Part shown: piece by piece, positions 34,582 to 41,339 of the stretch | Layout: each line of letters opens with the position of its first letter | How positions within the stretch are numbered: the first letter of the stretch is position 1 | Assembly (NCBI GenBank): GCA_963977205.1 | Contig: CAXBOF010000001.1 | Coordinates: 1 to 42,124, forward strand | Direction of reading: 5' to 3' | Length of the DNA stretch: 42,124 nucleotides | Source: an uncultured Phycisphaera sp. | GTDB taxonomy: Bacteria; Planctomycetota; Phycisphaerae; Phycisphaerales; UBA1924 | Program-made: the position numbers and the translations under genes | The notes under the pieces: generated by a model | Database searches by the model: none | Told to the model about the DNA's origin: nothing | Seen by the model: only the letters and a program-made list of their open reading frames with translations

Positions 34582-35940
34582 TCAGTCCGTCTCTACGACG
34601 GCGGTGATGCCGGGCCCGACTGTAAAGAGCTCGCGCCTGGTGGCACGCTGGGCGGCGACGAGGAAGTGCGTCTTCCGGATGCTTCCGTTTCCGACGACGT
34701 GAACGCCTGCTGGGGCCGTCATGCCCTGAGCCATGTCGATGGTGAAGCCGCCTGTGGGAGTTTAGCGGGCGCGCGCCCACATCCGCGCGGGCCTGGAAAT
34801 ACCGTGCCGGATGGGAACCACAAAGTGGCCTTCGAGCTCGAGGGGCTGCAGCGACACCTCTTCGCCAGTGCTGAGGATCGTGACGACGACGATGGCGTTT
34901 TCACCCATGACGACCGAGTCGGCCTCGATCTCTTCGCCGTCCTCGGAGATGACGCGCTCAAATCGGATGTCAGTCCCGTTGGTGAGCAGCGTCCCCCTTT
35001 CGGTGGCCCTGGCCTTGGTGTCAATGTCGACGCAGCCGTAGACGAGCCAGCCCTTGGTGTGGCCGCCCACAAAGCGCCCATCTTCGGCGTCCTTGCCGCG
35101 CTCCTTGGGGATGGTTTCGGGGTCGCTGGGGAGCAGCAGGATGCCCTCTCTGTCATTCTCGCGGAACTGCCGCACTGCTTCCCGCACATCCTCCCTGATC
35201 TGCCCGAGGATCAGAGCCCCCTCTGGCGGAACGGCAGCCCGACGCTGCCGGACAAGCTGATCCGCCAGCCCGCCCGGGATTTGCCATTCCTGGAGCTCGC
35301 TGAGGACGCGCTTCCAGTCGGGGTCCGTGTACCGCCGCGACTCTTTCAGCTCGATCGGGGGCGCCCTGCGCAGCAGAGGATGCGTGGATGCGGGCTTTCC
35401 ACCCCTCGGCTTGATCTGGCCCTCGTCGCCCACAAACAGGACGCGGACGCCGCCAAACGGCATCGACCTCGCCCGAAAGGTGCACCTCAGGATGGCATCC
35501 AGCTTGGCAATCTCGGCCGATGTCCACAGGCCAAACTCTTCGACGACAAGGATCTTTGGCGTCCCGGCGGGCGTATTGTACCACGGCTTTGATTTGGCAG
35601 TGCCGAGGGGAACCTTTGCCCACCATTTGGCGTCGATGGCGATCTTGGCCCACACGACGGCTTCTGGTGGGTAGCTGCCCCGCGGAACGGCGAGCCCGGC
35701 AATCGTCTGCCGGTGCTGCCCCAGCGACTTGTGGCTGATGGCAGTCACCATCACGCGGCAGCCGGCGTTTACCCAGCATCTGAGGACGTCTGCCACGACG
35801 ACGGACTTGCCAGTTCCGGCTTTCCCTATGAGCAGCACAACGCGGTGCGCCTCGAATAAGTCGCCGATCTGATCCGCTGCGGCCCTTTGCTCGCCCGACA
35901 GCACGGGGGGAGCCTGCGGAGTGGATTCGCGCCCGTCCAT
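34582..35940 (-). CDS. Pif1/RecD-like SF1 helicase, complement(join(34582..34751,34803..35940)), 435 aa
   Basis: Walker A LLIGKAGTGKSVV, motif II KILVVEEFG, MPFGGVRVLFVGDEGQIKP. Removing a 51-nt GTATTT..CTAAAC..CAG intron (phase 1) adds GFTIDMAQGMT...HFLVAAQRATRRELFTV, the C-terminal conserved motifs of this helicase type. Confidence 0.85.
34752..34802 (-). other. Intron, 51 nt (SF1 helicase gene, minus strand)
   Basis: Minus-strand GTATTT...CTAAACtcccaCAG, phase 1. Removes stop 34762..34764 and restores the helicase C-terminal motifs. Confidence 0.85.
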
Positions 35941-36093
35941 GTGCTCTGGCGGGGGAGACGCTTCAGCCGACGCGGGAAATTCTGGGCCCTCTGGATGTGA
36001 AAACTGCCAGGTAGCAGGCTTTTGATTTCAGAAACTGTGCATACATGCGGGCCTGCAAAAGTGTCAGAACTGCAGAGGCGCCGCGGCCGTCGT

Positions 36094-36447
36094 TTAGGGC
36101 ACCTGCGCTGCCCCCGTCTTTGGAGTGTCCTTCTTGACCTCGACGACGACCGAGTGCCCGGGCACGGCGATTAGCAGGTCTGCCCGCCCGGTTCCACAAT
36201 GGACGGGTCCATCAGCGCCGATCGGGGTGTACATGATGGGACAGGGCGCCTCGCGGGTCACCGAGACTCCGGGGAGCATGTGGCGGACCTCGGCGGCAAG
36301 GGCGGTGGAGATCCACTCTTCCCGGCAGGGGTAATCCTTGAAGGCGCGGGCGACGCGCCAGGCGCTGGCCTTGACGGCCCACTCGACGCGGGCAATCCAC
36401 GCATCAGTTCCTTCGTGCCCGCCCCGACCGAGTCCTGCCGCCGCCAT
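36094..36447 (-). CDS. PD-(D/E)XK (VRR-NUC-like) nuclease, 117 aa
   Basis: ...GTGRADLLIAVPGHSVVVEVKKD is a D..(n)..E.K nuclease-core pattern. I start at ATG 36447 (MAAAGLG...), 36 nt downstream of a TATAAT. The upstream part of the 420-aa track ORF is Arg-rich shadow sequence. Confidence 0.5.
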   Translation of the reverse strand: MAAAGLGRGGHEGTDAWIARVEWAVKASAWRVARAFKDYPCREEWISTALAAEVRHMLPGVSVTREAPCPIMYTPIGADGPVHCGTGRADLLIAVPGHSVVVEVKKDTPKTGAAQVP

Positions 36448-36483
36448 GGTCGCTTCGTCGTGCAGGAGGAACCCCCGGGTCAT

Positions 36484-36489
36484 TATAAT
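36484..36489. promoter_or_regulatory. TATA element (TATAAT, near-palindromic TTATAA)
   Basis: 36 nt from minus-strand ATG 36447 and 87 nt from plus-strand ATG 36577. Confidence 0.4.
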
Positions 36490-36576
36490 GTCGACGACGG
36501 GGTTGGCGCCCCAAACAACGACGCCGAGAGCCGCCCGACCAGTCCGTTGGATGCGCCGTTTCTGGGCCAAATCGAA

Positions 36577-37224
36577 ATGGCGATTGTCGACCGTGTCACC
36601 AAACTCTCGGGCGATCCAATGGCCGATCTGTTCGCGGAGAAATCGGTGGCGGCATCGGTCCAGTCGGTCGTCCGGCAGTCGACTACGGCCGCAGGCACGC
36701 TGCGGAGGAACCCAAACATCACGTACGGGCAGGGCACCCTGACCAGGCTTTGCCACGGCGTCCCGATGGTGACGGTGGGCGTCGAGGCAGTGGCGTCTGG
36801 GCACAAGTATGGCGGTCCGACGGTCGTCGTCCAGTGCAACGCCGACGGCATGAAATCGGGCGTGACGGCTGCCCGGATTGTCGAGTCGGCAGGAATCAAC
36901 TTTGGTGGCTGGGTGTGCGTCGTGTGGTGTCCGCCGCATCGCCGTGCAGCAGTCCTCGCTGCGCCGGTGGGGTCGGGGGACGAGCTCTACTACCTCGTGT
37001 GCCTCTGCAACATGGCCGCCAACGGAGCCATCTCGGTCGGCGCCAACGTCGAGGCCGCCATGACATCGGTCGCAGGCCACGGGGGGCCCACCGGCATTCA
37101 TCCCGTCTACGGAAGGCAGGATTCCCCATTCTACAAGTGGTACCGGACGCTGACTCCGCGCCCCAATGGCTGGAGGACGTCGGCCGGCGCCCGCATCACC
37201 GTCGTCGGAGGATCTCCCGAGTAA
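36577..37224 (+). CDS. Hypothetical protein, 215 aa
   Basis: High-GC3 frame from ATG 36577 ([19 protein letters not shown]...). No motif recognised. The N-terminus could be extended by an unrecognised exon. Confidence 0.55.
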   Translation: MAIVDRVTKLSGDPMADLFAEKSVAASVQSVVRQSTTAAGTLRRNPNITYGQGTLTRLCHGVPMVTVGVEAVASGHKYGGPTVVVQCNADGMKSGVTAARIVESAGINFGGWVCVVWCPPHRRAAVLAAPVGSGDELYYLVCLCNMAANGAISVGANVEAAMTSVAGHGGPTGIHPVYGRQDSPFYKWYRTLTPRPNGWRTSAGARITVVGGSPE

Positions 37225-37417
37225 CTGCGCCCAACCAGGTCGCCAATGGGCAGCCGCGCGAGTAACAGAAAGCATGGAAAGCACCTTCGGGGAACGCAGA
37301 CGGAGAGCTGTTCTGCTTCCATGGAAAGCTGCGGAAAGCAGCCCTCGGCCAGCCATGGCGAATAAAACTGTGGCCTGCGAGAATGTACAGTGTGCGCACT
37401 AGGCTCTCTGGGGTCCG

Positions 37418-37873
37418 CTAGATGTTGATGCGCCAGCGGGCCCTCTTCCGGAACATGCGGTACCTGGCCGACACCCGCATGAGGTACCGCTGGCCGGGCG
37501 TGACGTCCTCGGGCTCTGAGAAGCGAACGTCGCCAGTCCAGTGGGGCGGAATGGCTGCGGCGGATGCACGGATATCGGCGTCGTATGATGCGGCGCGAAT
37601 CTCAAAGATGACGAGCCCGCCCGCCGGCGTCGCATTGCAGTACGGCTGCGCCAGGTGCCAGTGGCCCGCCTGCACCACACACGGAGTCGGTCCCATTGCC
37701 GTTGTCCCCCGCCACGCCGCCCGAAATACCCGCCCGACCCAGGGAACCCGTTTCAGTTGCTCCAGCCAAAGGTGCCGCCGCAGGCCCCGGCCGTGGGCGA
37801 CATTCGGGAGGCGGAATAAGTCGGAGTTAATCCGTCCAACACGAAAAAGTAACGCCCGATCCGCCGACCGCAT
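37418..37873 (-). CDS. Hypothetical protein, 151 aa, basic C-terminus
   Basis: ATG ORF with good GC3 (…GPTPCVVQAGHWHLAQPYCNATPAGGLVIFEIRAASYD…RMFRKRARWRINI). No domain recognised. Confidence 0.55.
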   Translation of the reverse strand: MRSADRALLFRVGRINSDLFRLPNVAHGRGLRRHLWLEQLKRVPWVGRVFRAAWRGTTAMGPTPCVVQAGHWHLAQPYCNATPAGGLVIFEIRAASYDADIRASAAAIPPHWTGDVRFSEPEDVTPGQRYLMRVSARYRMFRKRARWRINI

Positions 37874-38073
37874 GGCGGGATTTGCGCGGACTGATCCCGA
37901 GTCTGTCCGTCCGATGTCTGCATTGGGCCCCCTTTGACCGCGGCAGACAGACTAAATTCCGTTGGACGGACGGATTGCGACTCTGTCTGCGGCGCACTGG
38001 GGTTTGGACCTTGGGGTGGCGAGCTGGCGAGTTTGCAAAGTGGCTTTTGGATGAACACGGCCCGACACGCTTT

Positions 38074-39787
38074 CTACCCAATGCTGTTTGGAAAGAGTTC
38101 CTTGAACGCCTGAAGAAAGTTGGCGGGCGGGGACCCCGCAGGCGGAACCTCGGGCGACTTCCATCGTGCCCACAGCTCTACGGCCACGCCGTGCGCCTCT
38201 TCGGCCGTCGTCTCCACAAACCGGTCCACAGAGGCCACGGCCGCCTCGGGCGCCTGCGCGTCAAACGCACGCAGAAAGTGATCCAGCTCTGCCGCCCCAA
38301 AAGCCTTTGGATTCTCTGCAAACCGCGCCAGAAACCCATCCATGTCCTCGGGCCGGGCGGCGCCGTAAATTTCCGCTGCGGCGTCCTCGCCACTCGAAAA
38401 GTCGGGGCAGTCCGCATCGAGGCGAACGAGGGTGCTCGAATCGACTGTGGCCTCGGAACCAGCGTCCTCTGCCTCCGCCTCGGGCTCTTCGGGCGCCTCG
38501 TTCCCAGAGGCAACGTCGGACCAGGCGTCCGGCGGGCCGGGGTGGGTCATCGTCTCGTCGACGTGCTCGACACAATCGTCGCCGTCGCCACCGAGATGGC
38601 CGTCCCGACTGCCATCGTCCACCGTCGGCGCTGCGTCTCCATCGCATCCACCACCTGCAGTTGGGGTGAGCCATGCGTCGGCACGGAAACGGACAGGCCG
38701 CACCGAGGGGGTCAGGAGCATCGGACTCAGCCATAGGATCACTGCGAGCCGGAAGAGCGTCTCTACTGTTTCCCTGGTTGACATGACGTTTATAATGGGC
38801 GACTCTCGGGTGACAATGGCCGACGAGGCGAGTCCCGCCATCATCTGCACCAGAATGCCTGCGGGCGGCGTCGGCGGGTGGCGGGGGCGGCAGGGCGGGC
38901 ACCGAACCCAGACGGCCCACAAAGGGCACCTGAAGGGCGACTACGATGGCGGGCTCGATCAGACGGCGCTCCCACTCTTCGATGGGGCCGCGCTCGGCCT
39001 GCAGGAACCGGAGCACGACCACGATGGCCGCCCCGGCGCCACAGATGCCCACGAAAGAGGCGTACCGCAGATATCGCCAGGCGGTGCTCGTCTCGAAGGT
39101 TTCGGCCGCGCCCACGATGGCGCCGAGAGCCGCAAGGGGACCGTCCACAATCAGCAGGAGCCACTTGGTCGAGTCTGCATCGGCGTCGGTGTCGTGCCGT
39201 GTTCCGGCGACGAGGGCCAGATAGATGCCGAGGAGGACTGTGGACATGATGGCCGCCGCGTCGTACAGGCTGCCCGTGGGGTGCGGCAGGATGATCCGAG
39301 TGGCGCCGTCGGTGCCGACCGTCAGGTACGCCCCGAGCGCCGTGGCGGACAGTGTGACGGTTCCGGGGACGCCCGACTCGGACGGGGTCAGATCGGCCGC
39401 CCAGACAGGATCGGTGCCGCGAAAGAGGGCGACGGTGGCCTCGACGCCGTTTGGGAACTGGTGGGCGGGCGCCGAAAAATCAAAGACGACCGGTCGCTGC
39501 ACGGTGACTGCATCGGACGAGAGGGTGCACTTCAGGCCGGTGGGATGCCCCAGGTCGGTTCCGACGGGCCCGATGGGCGGCAGCGTGTGCAGCCGGCCAC
39601 CGTGGATCCACAGGGGACTGCCGACTGCGGCCGCGACGTCCGAGAGGGCGATTGGGACCTCTGTGATGGTGACGTGGTGGTGGTCGACCTCGATGACGGT
39701 GGGGGATACGGCGACGGCGGCGGGGTCGGGGACGAGGCCAAAGTCCATCAGGGCGAACCCCGCGGCCGTGAGGGCGTACAGCTGCAT
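38074..39787 (-). CDS. Multi-pass membrane glycoprotein with acidic C-terminal domain, complement(join(38074..38858,38908..39787)), 554 aa
   Basis: ATG 39787 (MQLYALTAAGFALMDFG, signal-like) lies 31 nt after a minus-strand TATAAG. The order is ectodomain, hydrophobic helices, a 49-nt GTTCGG..CAG intron (phase 1), more TM sequence, then an Asp/Glu-rich tail. This joins two track ORFs (38261..39862 and 38074..38922). Confidence 0.8.
38859..38907 (-). other. Intron, 49 nt (minus strand)
   Basis: Minus-strand GTTCGG...cgcccgCAG, phase 1. Joins two overlapping track ORFs into one membrane protein. Confidence 0.8.
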
Positions 39788-39797
39788 GGTGCCCAGT

Positions 39798-40079
39798 TTA
39801 ATTTGAGCGCCCCCCGGGCTTATAGCCAACCACCTCAGAGGCTGCCCGGTGCCCGGAAGCAATGTGCCGGTTCAGGGTGCCCTTGCGGAAAAAGAGTCGA
39901 CCGCAGATGTGGCACTGGAACTGCGGCGGATGGTGGTACACGACGTGCCCGTCGGACGTGGGGTTGTGGCAGATGGAGCACAGGGGGCCCTCAACGGGTG
40001 TATCGAACTCCAACAAGGAGCGCCAGCTGGGTGAGGAGCGCACCGGCAAACAGCGTGGGTGCTGCACACCGTCCGACAT
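39798..40079 (-). CDS. C2H2 zinc-finger ORF, 93 aa (separate small gene or alternative 3' exon of the upstream gene)
   Basis: FQCHICGRLFFRKGTLNRHIASGH is a canonical C2H2 finger, preceded by CSICHNPTSDGH. The ATG at 40079 overlaps the 3' end of the 39991..40524 gene in another frame. The stop lies 10 nt before the next ATG. Confidence 0.4.
   Translation of the reverse strand: MSDGVQHPRCLPVRSSPSWRSLLEFDTPVEGPLCSICHNPTSDGHVVYHHPPQFQCHICGRLFFRKGTLNRHIASGHRAASEVVGYKPGGRSN
39819..39824 (-). promoter_or_regulatory. TATA box (TATAAG) inside the upstream zinc-finger ORF
   Basis: 31 nt upstream of minus-strand ATG 39787. Confidence 0.5.
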
Positions 40080-40524
40080 CCACCTGCGAAGCGGAAAGGG
40101 TGTTTTCGTTGGCGAATCCCTGCAGCCGGAGCGCATATACCACCGAGACGACAACGCCCGCCGATGCAGACACTGCCGCAGCCGTGCGTGCCTCAGTTCG
40201 AAAGGCGTCAAACGCCGAGATGCACACGGCGACGGGCACGAGGGCCGTTGTGCCAATGGCGGCGACTGCGTACGCCTGCAGCCACGGCTCCCAGTCCGAG
40301 ACGGCCACCAGGCACGTGCCAGCCCCGCCTGTGGCTTCCAGCTGCTCTGCGATAAAGGAGTTGTATCCCTTTCCCATTGGGACGTCCACCGAGCGCGCGC
40401 CCGTGCACACCACCGTGAGGGCGGGGCAGTGATCGTCCAGCGTCACCCATGCTGGGATTCCGGCAGCCAAAAGCCCAAGTGCCAACAGCCCCACCGACGT
40501 CCGTGTATCACGGTGTAAACCCAT
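39991..40524 (-). CDS. Four-helix membrane protein, 177 aa
   Basis: ATG ORF. Hydrophobic helices SVGLLALGLLAAGIPAWV, AYAVAAIGTTALVPVAVCISAF, AAAVSASAGVVVSVVYAL, APTLFAGALLTQLALLVGV. The 5' end overlaps the divergent 40449 gene by 76 nt. Confidence 0.65.
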   Translation of the reverse strand: MGLHRDTRTSVGLLALGLLAAGIPAWVTLDDHCPALTVVCTGARSVDVPMGKGYNSFIAEQLEATGGAGTCLVAVSDWEPWLQAYAVAAIGTTALVPVAVCISAFDAFRTEARTAAAVSASAGVVVSVVYALRLQGFANENTLSASQVDVGRCAAPTLFAGALLTQLALLVGVRYTR

Positions 40525-41273
40525 GGGGCGTGCTGACTGTAGAGGCGCTGGACGCGAATCTGCCGTATCCGTGGCGCGTGGCGGTGTCCGGGGGGCCCTC
40601 GCCGCTTAAAGTGCACGGGCGCGGGCTTTATACCGACGACGCCGAGCTCCAGCGGTGGATCGAGACGCGGGCGATTCCGGCGATTGCGCACATCAACCGG
40701 GCTTTCGATGGCACGGATGCCAGTCCGCGTCGCGAGGCGATGGCCGAGGAGATTGTGGGGGCCCTGGGGTTTCTGGACCCGACCGAGGTTCCTGCGGCGG
40801 CCGTGGAGCACGTGGCGGTGGCGACGCCCGAGTACCGAGAGCGGCTGGTGGGGGCGCTGTACTTTATCTTTGCGTACAACGTGCCCGAAGAGTTTGTGGA
40901 GCACCGGGCGGGGGCGCTGGCGGCTGCACTGGAGCGTCCGCCGTTTGACGGTCCCCGGGATGACCACAGTCCGGTGTTCCAGGCGGCGTCGGCGATGGCC
41001 GTCCAGTACGCGCGGCGGCACCACCGGATGCCGTGGACTGTGCCGACCGACGGGAGCCGATGCACGGACCGGGTCGAGGCGATGGCGATGTGTATCCGAC
41101 TGGCGCGACTGTGCGCGTGGGCCGATGTGGCCACCGAGCTGGAGACGGAGGCGGCGCCGTGGGAGGAGGAGATGGCCGCGCGACCCGCCATCACGGACAG
41201 CCGGGCCAAGAGCGCCATCGCGCAGTGGCTCTCCGAGTGCAAACGTAGCCACCCCCCAGCCCTCAACATCTAA
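40449..41273 (+). CDS. Hypothetical protein, 274 aa
   Basis: High-GC3 ORF (…LQRWIETRAIPAIAHINRAFDG…LVGALYFIFAYNVPEEFVEH…). The start is uncertain: ATG 40449 is the only in-frame ATG near the 5' end and overlaps the divergent gene. Confidence 0.6.
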   Translation: MLGFRQPKAQVPTAPPTSVYHGVNPWGVLTVEALDANLPYPWRVAVSGGPSPLKVHGRGLYTDDAELQRWIETRAIPAIAHINRAFDGTDASPRREAMAEEIVGALGFLDPTEVPAAAVEHVAVATPEYRERLVGALYFIFAYNVPEEFVEHRAGALAAALERPPFDGPRDDHSPVFQAASAMAVQYARRHHRMPWTVPTDGSRCTDRVEAMAMCIRLARLCAWADVATELETEAAPWEEEMAARPAITDSRAKSAIAQWLSECKRSHPPALNI

Positions 41274-41298
41274 ACGCCGGCCCCAACCACCAGCCCCG

Positions 41299-41304
41299 TA
41301 TATG
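41299..41304 (+). promoter_or_regulatory. TATA box (TATATG)
   Basis: 35 nt upstream of ATG 41340. Confidence 0.45.
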
Positions 41305-41339
41305 CACCAAGCACACCACAAGACACCACCCAGACACAG

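Noticed and set aside
37361-37366. AATAAA hexamer in the convergent spacer 37225..37417 as a poly(A) signal
   Set aside because: It is a single occurrence 137 nt past the stop. No comparable hexamer follows other genes, so it is not a usable general signal here.
37899-37995. Imperfect inverted repeats (GTCTGTCCGTCC / GGACGGACGG, GCAGACAGAC / GTCTGTCTGC) upstream of gene 37418..37873
   Set aside because: The stems are short and interrupted, and I could not define a convincing hairpin by eye. Possibly a regulatory element, but the support is too weak to report as a feature.
38791-38796. TATAAT/TTATAA element that looked like a promoter for MSTRETVE... (minus) or for plus-strand ATG 38818
   Set aside because: After joining the two minus-strand ORFs with the 49-nt intron, it falls inside continuous coding sequence (codons ..P-I-I-N-V..). 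The plus-strand ORF it would drive is the shadow ORF above.
38432-40432. 666-aa plus-strand ORF, the second-longest in the track
   Set aside because: It is antisense to two well-supported minus-strand genes (38074..39787 and 39991..40524). The translation is Gly/Arg/Asp/Ala-rich with no hydrophobic periodicity or motif. This is a typical shadow ORF of GC3-rich coding on the other strand.
40479-40542. Possible intron in the 40449..41273 gene (GTGCCA...CTGACtgTAG)
   Set aside because: The branch and acceptor look good, but the phase-0 donor is incompatible with the phase-1 acceptor, and no other donor fits. I treat it as coincidence, and the 5' end of this gene remains uncertain.
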